Origin: an uncultured Deferribacteres bacterium
GTDB lineage: Bacteria > Zhuqueibacterota > Zhuqueibacteria > Zhuqueibacterales > Geothermadaptataceae
Length of the DNA: 64,000 nt
Direction: 5' to 3'
Assembly (NCBI GenBank): GCA_964014485.1
Contig: CAXHAT010000006.1
Span: 21,070 to 85,069, forward strand
Position numbers and translations under genes: made by a program
The notes under the pieces: generated by a model
The model's input: only the letters and a program-made list of their open reading frames with translations
What the model was told of the DNA's origin: nothing
The model's database searches: none
In this document: one piece after another, positions 29,711 to 39,043 of the stretch
How the letters are laid out: every line of letters begins with the position of its first letter
Numbering within the stretch: the stretch's first letter is position 1

Positions 29711-30367
29711 ATGCAATTCTTGAAAAAACTTAAGCTTTGTGTAAAGAATACAACGCTGTCCATGTTGCTTTTGCCGAACATCACGGCAGTCGTTTCATGG
29801 AATGCAAACAACGAAGCGGATCTGGCCGGATATAAAATTTATTACGGCACGGAAAGTAAAAATTACAATATCGACACGCTCACCGTTGGGAAGGACGCTA
29901 CGTCTCACGAAATCTCCGGGCTTTTTGAAAGCACGGCGTATTTCTTTGCCGTAACGGCATTTGACACGGCGGGGAACGAGAGCCTTTTTTCTGAAGAAGT
30001 GAGTTTTTTTTACCAGCCGCCTGTTGACACCAGCGCCACGGATTCAACGGACGTCGAAACGCCTCCCGTGATTGCAGCCGGATTGAACGGTTACAATTTT
30101 CCAAACCCGTTTAAGCCCGAGCAAGAACCCACGCGGATTCGCTACGTTCTCGCCGAAGCTTCGGAAGTGTCGATTGACGTTTTTGACCTGAATAATGAAC
30201 TTGTTCGCACAATCCAAAGCAGAGCTTTAAAAGCGGCGGGAGAGCACACGGAAGACGTCTGGGACGGGCGTGATGAGAGCGGCTTGATGGTTTCAAACGG
30301 CGTTTATTACTGCCGAATCCGCACCGCGTCGGAAAGTCAGTTTATCAAAATCGCCGTTTCAAATTAG
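29711..30367 (+). CDS. Fibronectin type III plus FlgD-Ig-like sorting-domain protein
   Basis: FN3 motif SW.AN.E.DLAGYKIYYG...YFFAVTAFD.AGNES; NFPNPF...WDG.D...KIAV tail; RBS ggagg before ATG 29711. Confidence 0.8.
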   Translation: MQFLKKLKLCVKNTTLSMLLLPNITAVVSWNANNEADLAGYKIYYGTESKNYNIDTLTVGKDATSHEISGLFESTAYFFAVTAFDTAGNESLFSEEVSFFYQPPVDTSATDSTDVETPPVIAAGLNGYNFPNPFKPEQEPTRIRYVLAEASEVSIDVFDLNNELVRTIQSRALKAAGEHTEDVWDGRDESGLMVSNGVYYCRIRTASESQFIKIAVSN

Positions 30368-30405
30368 GTTTGGAAAAATTGATTCAACAGGAGAGGACTT
30401 CAAGG

Positions 30406-31623
30406 ATGAAATCAAGAATATTTTGGGTTTTCGCATCACTTCTCGGCCTCGCAAATTCAGCGTTTGCTCAAACCAGTGCAGGTCTGCCAGGCGGCTTTTT
30501 GAGAACCGGCGCCGGGACGCGCGCATTGGCGATGGGCGGAGCGTTCAGCGCAGTTGCAAATGACCCGTCGGCAGGGTATTGGAATCCGGCGGGGCTGACC
30601 CAACTTCCTTCGTTTCAATTTTCAGCTTCATATGCGCAAATGTCATTGGACAGGACGTTCAATTTCGTCAGCGCCGCTTCGCCGTTGGGCGCCAAAACCG
30701 CGCTTGGCGTTTCATGGATCGGGTTCGGCGTGCAAGATGTTGAAGGGAGAGACGGCAATACGGAAACGCCGGATTTCCTTTTTTCCAATCAAAACAACGC
30801 GTTGCTTCTTTCGGTCTCCCGAAAAATCAATTCTTTCCTATCCGCCGGAGTCAGCACAAAGCTGATTTTGCAAAAACTCAATGAGCAGACGTCTTTTGGA
30901 ACCGGCTTCGACGTTTCTCTGCTCACGCGCCCGACCGAGCGCATTCAGGTCGGTTTTTCCGTGCAGGATATCGCGGCTTCAGCCAAATGGTCAAGCGAGT
31001 TCAACGAAAACTATCCGCTCACGCTTCGCGGCGGCGTTGCTTTCAACATTGGCAACCAGGTTCTATTGGCGGCGGACGTTTTCAAAACCGGGCAGGCGGA
31101 TCCAGAGTTGGCTTTCGGGGCGGAATTTTCGGCGGCGCAGAAATTCCCGATTCGCGTCGGCTACAGCGCACAAGGCGTGGTCGGCGGCGCCGGCGTGGCC
31201 CTGCCGATGGAATCTGTCGATTTAGCGTTTGATTACGCTTTCGGCAAAGACGCGCTGGACGGCGGACAGACGCATCGCTTTTCGCTCGGAATTGCATTGG
31301 CCAAACCCAAATCTAGTCGTTCGGAAATTTCAGGCGCGGACATTGGGAAATCGACTGATTTGACGGACGTTTACACAAATCCAAAGCGTATGAAAAAGGC
31401 GCGTCGCCAAACGAACGACGTTTGGCTGGAGGTGCAGGCGCGCGGCCTCAATGTCAGAACCGGAGCGGGGGTCAAACACAAAAAAATTGCTATTATTCGG
31501 CAAGGCCAGCGCTTCAAAAAGGTGGGCATGAAAGGTTACTGGTACAAAATCCAGTTGGAAAACGGCAAGCGCGGCTGGGTGCACCACAAGTATATGAAAG
31601 AAGTTGAAGACGCGAATCTTTAG
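30406..31623 (+). CDS. PorV/PorQ-like outer-membrane barrel with C-terminal SH3b domain
   Basis: FLRTGAGTRALAMGGA...A.YWNPAGL, barrel end DYAF...THRFSLG, then LNVRTG.G...WYKI...GWV (SH3b). Confidence 0.85.
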   Translation: MKSRIFWVFASLLGLANSAFAQTSAGLPGGFLRTGAGTRALAMGGAFSAVANDPSAGYWNPAGLTQLPSFQFSASYAQMSLDRTFNFVSAASPLGAKTALGVSWIGFGVQDVEGRDGNTETPDFLFSNQNNALLLSVSRKINSFLSAGVSTKLILQKLNEQTSFGTGFDVSLLTRPTERIQVGFSVQDIAASAKWSSEFNENYPLTLRGGVAFNIGNQVLLAADVFKTGQADPELAFGAEFSAAQKFPIRVGYSAQGVVGGAGVALPMESVDLAFDYAFGKDALDGGQTHRFSLGIALAKPKSSRSEISGADIGKSTDLTDVYTNPKRMKKARRQTNDVWLEVQARGLNVRTGAGVKHKKIAIIRQGQRFKKVGMKGYWYKIQLENGKRGWVHHKYMKEVEDANL

Positions 31624-31686
31624 GGATATTGCAGGCGCTGCAAGCAAAGAATCGTTTGCAGCGTCTGTCTTGTTTTAAGCGTTCAG

Positions 31687-31894
31687 TTCACTACCTGACC
31701 TTTTTCTACAGGCTTCCAAAGCTGGCTGACGAAAGAGGCCGGAATTGTCATGCTGAAAGCATCTTTTTTGATCCAACCCTTGAACTTTTGGGCATGATCT
31801 GTACCGGGCGATAATAAAGATTCCTTCTGAATGACAAAACCGGACCTTTCAATGGCTCGAGAAGGCGGTTTACAAAAAAGTGTCAGGTAGAGAG
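31687..31894 (-). mobile_element. MITE family A, copy A2 (208 bp)
   Basis: Ends ttcactacctgac / gtgtcaggtagagag; perfect 9-bp direct repeat agcgttcag at 31678-31686 and 31895-31903. Confidence 0.9.
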
Positions 31895-32194
31895 AGCGTT
31901 CAGACGAGATTCCACAAAATCCAACAATTCACGCGCAAGTTTTTCATTAAAAACGTTGTGATCGTTCTCGGAATTGCAGCAATGCACGCCGACCCATGAA
32001 CCATCGAAGTAAAACTCAAGGCTGGGGCGGTGCTTTTCATGCGAACGACGAACACGCTCGAACCCCGGAAATCCGCGATTCCGCGCCCAGACAGTCGTGA
32101 CGCTGTCGCTCCAATCACCCTCCAGACTCACATCTATGCGCTTGATCCCGTCAAGCGAGATCGAATTCAATAGATTGTAAACATTTGGTTTCAT
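31883..32194 (-). CDS. Hypothetical protein, 103 aa; stop codon supplied by MITE A2
   Basis: Fills the gap between two elements with protein-like composition; no motif recognised. Confidence 0.55.
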   Translation of the reverse strand: MKPNVYNLLNSISLDGIKRIDVSLEGDWSDSVTTVWARNRGFPGFERVRRSHEKHRPSLEFYFDGSWVGVHCCNSENDHNVFNEKLARELLDFVESRLNALST

Positions 32195-32223
32195 TGATTT
32201 GTTGGCCTTGAGCTTTCCGATGA

Positions 32224-32577
32224 GCCGATGACGCCAAAATCGCCCAGGCGCTACTCCGAAATTTTAAAACCTTCACATCCCCGATCAATTTTTTGATATT
32301 CGCGCTCAGAGCGTATTTGGAAAGTCCTAAATTGTCATACTGTAAGCATCTTTTTTAGACTTTTCCACAACAACTGTCGGAACGTTCATGCCTGGCGACC
32401 CAAAAAGATTCCTATGGAATGACAAGACAAGGACTTTCCAAATACGCTCTCAAATTCGGTTCGAAACGATTGGTAGCCTAATAAACCTTTTCATAGCGAA
32501 ATATTTTGAGCAAATCAGCGATAGAACGGCAAGGCAAGCATCGCACTCCACTTTCTGTATCGGCGCGTAACATCAGC
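32224..32577. mobile_element. MITE family B-like copy B7 (degenerate left end), containing element C1
   Basis: Right end gcgtaacatcagc (32565-32577); putative left end gccgatgacgc; flanks gatga / gatta. Confidence 0.5.
32309..32449. mobile_element. MITE family C, copy C1 (141 bp; IS5-family, IS1031-group-like ends)
   Basis: Perfect 20-bp TIR gagcgtatttggaaagtcct / aggactttccaaatacgctc; 3-bp duplication TCA at 32306-32308 and 32450-32452; internal GTCAT...ATGAC palindrome at 32332-32425. Confidence 0.85.
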
Positions 32578-32611
32578 GATTAACAAAAAAGCCGGCGGCA
32601 GACTTTCGGAG

Positions 32612-33117
32612 TTCACTATCTGACACTTTTTGAGAATTACCTTTTAGAGCTAGCGAGAAAGCCCCGAATTGTCATTCTGAAAGAATCTTTGTAACTGACG
32701 TTACGCGCGGCAACGCACATCCTGAGTCTCGAGACAAAAGCCGTCTCATTAGCCGCGCGCTCTTCTTTTCCTCTCGCCGAGTTAACTCGGCGGGAGGGCA
32801 AGGGGGATGAATTTACACTCATACCTACGCGCTGAAGCGCGCAGCTAATAAGAATCTCATCGCATCATCTACTTTCCCCGTGAATTTTGAATTCGCCAAC
32901 AGTATCCTGAAGAGCGGAGCTAATGAGAATTAGAAAATTTCCCTCGGATTCCGATCGCGCGTGTCAAACGATGCGTGCGTAACATCAGTTTGTAATCGTC
33001 CAGTACAGATCATGCTCAAAAGTTCAAGGGTCGGATCAAAAAAGATGCTTCCACCATGACAATTCTGGATTTTTTGAGACGCTCGAAAAGTTGTTATAAA
33101 AAGTGTCAGGTAGTGAA
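32612..33117 (+). mobile_element. MITE family A, copy A4, interrupted by B3
   Basis: Ends ttcactatctgacactttt / aaaagtgtcaggtagtgaa. Removing B3 restores gaatctttgtaatcgtccagtac, matching A1. Flanks match only 6/9. Confidence 0.85.
32694..32989 (+). mobile_element. MITE family B, copy B3, nested in A4
   Basis: Ends actgacgttacgc / gcgtaacatcagt; 5-bp duplication ttgta at 32689-32693 and 32990-32994. Confidence 0.9.
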
Positions 33118-33150
33118 ATTGGGGAGCCATCCGAAAACCTCGGGTAGACT

Positions 33151-33420
33151 CTATTTATTTTCGGCGGGGCCTGGCTCAACGTTTTCTTGCCACGGCGGAT
33201 TGTTCCAGAAGTCTTTGGTTTTTTGCCACATGAAGGAAAACGTTTGCGTCTCTACGCCGACCTGATAGAACGTATAGGCGGCCATAAGAATAACAACGCC
33301 CCAGCGCCAGGAGTAAGGATTGTTGTATTTTTTGAAAAGCTCGTGGGCGGAGCGCAGAAGAATATAAAAGGCAAGCAGTGCGAGAAAGGAGTAGAAATAA
33401 AATCCAACTTCCGGGTCCAT
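33151..33420 (-). CDS. Small hypothetical membrane protein (2 TM)
   Basis: 89 aa with two hydrophobic helices. Confidence 0.6.
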   Translation of the reverse strand: MDPEVGFYFYSFLALLAFYILLRSAHELFKKYNNPYSWRWGVVILMAAYTFYQVGVETQTFSFMWQKTKDFWNNPPWQENVEPGPAENK

Positions 33421-33598
33421 AATTCGCCCAACAATATTTCGTAAATTCTATCTGGCGGGTGTGATGAAGTAGCATTATCTCGGCTGAAATGCAACTGAAA
33501 TGTCGCTATAGTTCACAGCGGTTGGGGCAAGGCGTGATTTGCGAAATATTTGGAGAACGGTTGATTTCTTACAAAAATACCGTTCTCCCTGGCGACGG

Positions 33599-36028
33599 TT
33601 ACTTGGCGAGAATGATTTTGCGTGACGAACGATGGATTGCCTGGCGTCCCGAGGCTTGCAGCGAAACGAGATAGACCCCGCTGCTCACACGCTTGCCGAA
33701 ATTATTTGTCGCATTCCAGGTAAATGTATAAGCGCCCGCTGAACGGTTGTCATGAAATTCTTCAAAAATGATTTGCCCAGCGACACTGAAAACACGGATG
33801 CGAACGTCTGAAGCTTCAGGCAAATTGTAACGCAGCGCCGTTGAAGGGTTGAAAGGATTTGGATAGGCCGGGGAAAGTAAAAAATCGGTCGGCGCGGTTC
33901 CGAAATCTTCGTCGTTTACAGCGGTAATTATGCTTTTTTCGGTCACTTCGCCGTTCGCCCCGACGAGCCCAAAATTCTCAAAACTAAAATCTGTAATATC
34001 AGGCGTACCACCGGAAGCTTCGAATATAATTTCCACCAGTTCTCCGCCGCTCACGGGCATTTCGCCGCCTGCAGGCACAATCACGCCGACAGCGATTCGC
34101 TGCTCTAGTTCCTCAATTTTAGAAAAACTCAACGGCTGATCCAGCCATGCGTCGCCAAGTTCAACGGAAAGAATATTGAACCGATCTCCGGGGTAGTTGG
34201 CCCGAAAAGCGACTCCTGCGAGAGCGGTTTGAGAATTAGGCGAGAACGAAACAAACAGACGATATTGATTGGCCTGGCTCGTCGGCGAGACGGCGAAATC
34301 AATTCCGCCGTCCGGCGCCGCGGACAACGGGGCCGATGTTTTGGCTGTACTCCCAGACTGCGTTTTTCCCCAGTTCAAACCGATTGGAATAATGTCTCGC
34401 TCGGTAATATCTCCAGCTCCGTCAGCATCGGCGTGGGTGGCCTCGCGAACGGAAAACGGCCCGGCTAACTGCGGCTGCCATGCAATTCTATCCTGGTCAT
34501 TTGAACGCTCTGGGCCGTTCAATTCCCAGTAAACCCCGAGTTGGAGCACGTCGGTCAGTTCCACCGTCCCGTTTGCGTTTGTGTCGCCAGGCCAAACGAT
34601 CAGGCCGTAGCTATGCGTGACAAGATCTTTGGGCGTTATCGCGACTTCACAGCCGGAACCGTCGTCAGTCGACAAGTCGATGATTGCAAAGGGCAGCGCT
34701 GTGCTGTCGGGCGTATTGCCGTCTGTTTCAAAAACAACTTCGGCAATCCCGCCTTTTCCCGTGAGCGGCACGCCCGGATCAGTACGTTGATATGAAAAAC
34801 GAATCTGCCCCAGCGTTTCATCCACAACAACGTCGAATGCATCTGACGGCGACGTTTGCAACAGTGCGCCTCGTTGAATATGGTCGGCGTACGGCGTTTT
34901 AACGCTCAGAAAAGTCGTGTCAAAAGTCAACGTGAATTTGAGCTGGGTCACTGCAAAAATGTCAGCGCCGTTTTCAGGCGTCTCAATGCGAATTTTGAAC
35001 TCTCGCCCCGGATTGGGCAAGCTGTCAGCGACCACTTGTAAATCGACCGCAGCTCCCGGCGCAAGGTAGGTTTGCTCTCCGGTTCCGGAATTAGCGTCAC
35101 GTAGAGCGACGACCTGAACATTTCTCAAGGAGCCGTCTTTCACGCAACGGCTTGATTGATAGGAAATGCGATACCCTTGATGATCGGTGAGCAGCGAGAA
35201 AAGCGTGCGAAAGGCTTCCTCCAATTCAGCGGTTGTCGGGCTGTCGAGATAAACGCCGCCTGAGTTGTTTGCCATTGCTTGCAGTTCATCCACACCTTCA
35301 CCTCCGGTCAACCCCAAGCCAATAGAATAGACGCGCGTGCTTTCGTTAGCCAGTCTTGCGAGCGTTTCTTCAAGAGTGGCGGCGCTGGATCGATCTCTCC
35401 CATCGGAAAGAGTAATGATCGCAGTCTGCCCTGACGCATTCTGAAGCAGGTCTAACGCCTGATTGACAGCGTCGTAAAGCGCCGTTCTGCCGCCCGAGTT
35501 GATGCCGTCAATTGCGTTCAAAAGCGAATCCTTGTCCTGGGTGAAATTCTGTTCGATGATCACATCCGTTCCAAAGCTCAAAATAGCGGCCCGGCTGCTG
35601 TCTCCAAGAAGATTGACAAACGTGCTCGCTGCATTTTTGGCGTCGGCCAATTCATCGCGAATACTGCCGCTGCGATCTAAAAGAATCGCCACCGATAAAC
35701 TGCCTAGATTCTCAGTCAATTCTTCCACAAGGATCGGCGATTGTCGCACGCTGTCTTCATAAACTTCAAAATTCGATTCGGTAAGTCCCAGTTCAAATCC
35801 ATTCGTTGATGCGTTCCGCACAAAAACGCGCGAAATAATTTGCGGAAAGCCGCTTGCTTCCAAACTCAAATATTCAACGTTTAATCCCGAAGATAATGAC
35901 AATGAAGGGGGCGAAGCGTTTCCGGCTTTTGACGAATTTTCATTGACCGCTTGAGCCGTAGTTGCCAAAACAAGAGTGCACAAAAGGCCGCGTCTGGCAT
36001 TGCGGCATACTTTTTTAAATGTTTTCAC
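33599..36028 (-). CDS. Secreted VWA / cohesin-like / dockerin-like protein with C-terminal sorting domain; start probably GTG 36028
   Basis: MIDAS motifs DRSGS, T..YDA and LSDG; dockerin-like pair WPGDTNANGTVELTDV and ADADGAGDITERDI; AYPNPFNP...KIILAK tail. Confidence 0.8.
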   Translation of the reverse strand: MKTFKKVCRNARRGLLCTLVLATTAQAVNENSSKAGNASPPSLSLSSGLNVEYLSLEASGFPQIISRVFVRNASTNGFELGLTESNFEVYEDSVRQSPILVEELTENLGSLSVAILLDRSGSIRDELADAKNAASTFVNLLGDSSRAAILSFGTDVIIEQNFTQDKDSLLNAIDGINSGGRTALYDAVNQALDLLQNASGQTAIITLSDGRDRSSAATLEETLARLANESTRVYSIGLGLTGGEGVDELQAMANNSGGVYLDSPTTAELEEAFRTLFSLLTDHQGYRISYQSSRCVKDGSLRNVQVVALRDANSGTGEQTYLAPGAAVDLQVVADSLPNPGREFKIRIETPENGADIFAVTQLKFTLTFDTTFLSVKTPYADHIQRGALLQTSPSDAFDVVVDETLGQIRFSYQRTDPGVPLTGKGGIAEVVFETDGNTPDSTALPFAIIDLSTDDGSGCEVAITPKDLVTHSYGLIVWPGDTNANGTVELTDVLQLGVYWELNGPERSNDQDRIAWQPQLAGPFSVREATHADADGAGDITERDIIPIGLNWGKTQSGSTAKTSAPLSAAPDGGIDFAVSPTSQANQYRLFVSFSPNSQTALAGVAFRANYPGDRFNILSVELGDAWLDQPLSFSKIEELEQRIAVGVIVPAGGEMPVSGGELVEIIFEASGGTPDITDFSFENFGLVGANGEVTEKSIITAVNDEDFGTAPTDFLLSPAYPNPFNPSTALRYNLPEASDVRIRVFSVAGQIIFEEFHDNRSAGAYTFTWNATNNFGKRVSSGVYLVSLQASGRQAIHRSSRKIILAK

Positions 36029-36514
36029 TTCACATAAACTCCCATGATGCAATTTTAGATTGAAGTATTTAGCTAACCAACCGCGTTTGCGCTTTTTATC
36101 GAAAAGTAACTCTGGAATCAAATGCCTCAGCGTTTTAGCCTGGCTTACCATAACTGGCGACGATAAATCGCCGCACTCCGAAAGCAGCTATTCAGACTTA
36201 TTTGAAAGCGCAAACAAGCGGAATGTTTTTTGATCTTTGTTTAATCGCGTCGTCGATTTGGTCGGCTCTTTCGCATTGAGCAAAAGCTGTGCAATGCGCC
36301 GAATCATTGTGTTTTCTTAATGTTCCTGCGGGGGGGTGCGTGAAAATTTGCGAATATCCGCTCTTGAAATTCTTGGGAGTTACGGGAATGAATTACAAGC
36401 TCTGCATTTGACCGGCGCTGTGACTACAATTATTTCAAGGCAAATTCTTACACTTGGGGCCGGCTTTGGGAATCCGCTTTTGCGGGATTAACTCCGAAAT
36501 TTGAGTGGACGATT

Positions 36515-37798
36515 ATGCAAATGCACAGGAAGGCAATGCCGATTAAAGCCTGGGTTGCGGCATTTTCGCTTCTCGTTGCGGCAACGTCGCTTTTTGCGCA
36601 AACGAGGCAACCGCAGGCTATTCCGCGATTTGAAGTCTCGACGGATGGCGCTGCGGGAGATCAAAGCGTCAAAGTAACTTCTGAAAATATCGCAAGCGTA
36701 ACCAATATCGATAACCTGATCAAGTTTGCAAGGCGTGCTCGGTTGGAGCAAAACTATGCGGACGCCGAGCGTGCGTTTGAACGGGCTTCATCTCTCGCCA
36801 AACCGCTTGGCGCGCCGGAAAAGTATGCTGAAATTCTGGTTGAGCTTGCCTCTGTTTATCGCACGCTTGGCAAAATTCAAGCGTGCGCGGGTTTACTGAA
36901 AAAAGCTGAAAAACTGACGCAAAATCCGGCGCTGCTGAAAAAAATCGCGACTGAACAGCATCGCTCGGAATACAAAAAAAATCGTTTCGTCAATATCGGA
37001 TTTCAAGCGCAAGACGACGCACGTGAAACCGCTCCATCCTCCGTTGTCCGGGACTCGGCAGCCACAGTTTCTTCGGTTCCGACGATCCCCGTAAGTCCCC
37101 CAAAGTCATCGATTGCCATCATCGACTCGGCCTTTACGCCTTCTGCTCAAATCGAGCCTAACGAAAGCGATGTTGTCCCTCAAAATGATGGTGTTTTAAG
37201 CGGCGAGAAAGAGGCGTCGGCAGAGGTTGAAATAGGGGAGTATCAATCTTGGAATTTGAGTGAAAACCCAATTCTTGCTTCTTCGCAATCGCCTGAGCAT
37301 TTGGAGCTCGCTCGGCAATCATCCGACCACACGTCTCAGCCCAACTCCTTGAGCAATAACAATAAGAATCAGGCAGAAGCGACCCCGGGGCTAAGCATGT
37401 TCAGCGTTACCTTGATTATCATAACGCTTATTGCCGCGACCGCTCTTCTTATCGTCGGCTTCTCTCCACTGCTGCGCGCGCGGCTGCTGCACGTGACGGG
37501 CTTTCATCACGCCGCTTCTGAAATTATTGAAAAGACGATTGTCGGTCGTGAAAGAGAAGCAAAGCTCTGGATGTTTTTGGCTCAGACCTACTTGGCCATT
37601 GAGCGGCAAGATGAGCAGGCAATTTCAGTTTATGAAAAAGTGCTCGTTTTAAACATCGTTTGTAAAAATCAGGAAAAAATGAGCTGGATCGTCGCTCAGG
37701 ATTATCTCGCAAAAAACCGCCAGGATGAATTCGCGCTGGGCGTTCTGGAAAGAGCGCTTAAGTTCACCAAGCAAGACATGAAACTAGCCGCTTCGTAA
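36515..37798 (+). CDS. Bitopic membrane protein with TPR-like regions on both sides of a single TM
   Basis: Signal peptide, TPR-like helices, Ser/Pro-rich linker, TM (SVTLIIITLIAATALLIVG) and TPR-like C-terminus. Confidence 0.65.
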   Translation: MQMHRKAMPIKAWVAAFSLLVAATSLFAQTRQPQAIPRFEVSTDGAAGDQSVKVTSENIASVTNIDNLIKFARRARLEQNYADAERAFERASSLAKPLGAPEKYAEILVELASVYRTLGKIQACAGLLKKAEKLTQNPALLKKIATEQHRSEYKKNRFVNIGFQAQDDARETAPSSVVRDSAATVSSVPTIPVSPPKSSIAIIDSAFTPSAQIEPNESDVVPQNDGVLSGEKEASAEVEIGEYQSWNLSENPILASSQSPEHLELARQSSDHTSQPNSLSNNNKNQAEATPGLSMFSVTLIIITLIAATALLIVGFSPLLRARLLHVTGFHHAASEIIEKTIVGREREAKLWMFLAQTYLAIERQDEQAISVYEKVLVLNIVCKNQEKMSWIVAQDYLAKNRQDEFALGVLERALKFTKQDMKLAAS

Positions 37799-37948
37799 TC
37801 AGCCCCATGCGCGCGCAATGATTCAGCCGCAATAGCTGCGGCCTTCCCTGTCTCTTGTGTCTCGGATTCCTTCGATAGCGTCGAATCAATCGCTCCGACC
37901 CCGTTCGTTTCGTCTTGTGCCGCCGTCGCTCCGCCCGTACTCTTTTTT

Positions 37949-38740
37949 ATGTCACCCTCAACGCAAAACGATCAAGCTCTGCTTGCCGTCAATCACATCG
38001 CTCTCCGATTTGGCGGAGTACACGCCTTGTCAGATGTGAGCCTGGCGATCAAGCCGCAGTCTATTTTTTCGGTGATTGGGCCAAACGGGGCTGGCAAAAC
38101 TTCTCTCCTCAACGTTATTGGCGGTTTTTATAAATCACAGAACGGCGACGTTTTTTTTAATGGTCAAGACCTCACCAAAATTGCCGCCCACAATCGCGCG
38201 GCGCTGGGGATTGCGCGCACTTTCCAGAATATTGAATTGTTCAAACACATGACCGTTTTAGAGAATTTGCTGCTCGGCGCGCATATTCATCTGAAATCGG
38301 GCGCTTTCAGCGGCGGCGTTTATTGGGGTAAAACTGAACGCGAAGAGCTTGCCGAGCGCGAACGGATTGAAGAAATTATCGACTTCCTTGAAATCGAACA
38401 AATTCGTTACGAAGAAGTCGGCAGGCTTTCATACGGCCTGCAAAAGCGCGTCGAGTTGGGACGCGCCATGGCGATGCGTCCCAAATTAATGATTCTCGAC
38501 GAACCGATGGCCGGGATGACGGTTGAAGAGAAACAAGAAATGGTGCGCTTCATCATCGATCTTAATGAAGAAAAAGACATCACCATGCTTCTGGTCGAAC
38601 ACGACATGGGCGTTGTCATGGACGTTTCCGACCGCGTCGCCGTGCTCGATTTCGGCGAAAAAATCGCTGAAGGCGCGCCGCAAAAAGTCAGGTCAGACAT
38701 GCATGTCATCAAGGCTTATCTTGGGCAAAAATTTGTTTGA
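37949..38740 (+). CDS. Branched-chain amino acid-type ABC transporter ATPase (LivG-like)
   Basis: Motifs GPNGAGKT, ARTFQN, LSYGLQKRVE, LDEP, VEHDM and V..AYLG. Confidence 0.92.
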   Translation: MSPSTQNDQALLAVNHIALRFGGVHALSDVSLAIKPQSIFSVIGPNGAGKTSLLNVIGGFYKSQNGDVFFNGQDLTKIAAHNRAALGIARTFQNIELFKHMTVLENLLLGAHIHLKSGAFSGGVYWGKTEREELAERERIEEIIDFLEIEQIRYEEVGRLSYGLQKRVELGRAMAMRPKLMILDEPMAGMTVEEKQEMVRFIIDLNEEKDITMLLVEHDMGVVMDVSDRVAVLDFGEKIAEGAPQKVRSDMHVIKAYLGQKFV

Positions 38741-38816
38741 GCTTAAAACTCTCGCAACTCCCGCCTTGCGAATTCGGCTCCAAATCTCTTGAAAAAGTTT
38801 GTAGAACGATTAAATA

Positions 38817-38992
38817 ACTGATGTTACGCACTCTTGGAAATTTCCGAAACGGTGCCAGAGGAACGTCGCTTTTACGTCATTCCCGCGCAGGCGGGAATCC
38901 AGTCAATCGCGCACCGCCCCTGGATTCCCGCCTGCGCGGGAATGACTTTAACAGGAGTTTCTTTGGTTTCATAGCTGGCGCGTAACATCAGT
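38817..38992. mobile_element. MITE family B, copy B4, carrying a CGTC-type REP / dRS3-like doublet
   Basis: Ends actgatgttacgc / gcgtaacatcagt; 6-bp duplication taaata; internal perfect 27-bp inverted repeat gtcattcccgcgcaggcgggaatccag at 38876-38902 and 38920-38946. Confidence 0.9.
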
Positions 38993-39043
38993 TAAATAAT
39001 TATTGTAAACACAATCCTACCATGAAAACCATGATTTCGGAAT

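Noticed and set aside
31687..33117. Composite transposon A2-A4 carrying the 103-aa gene
   Set aside because: A2 has its own perfect 9-bp duplication, so it inserted independently.
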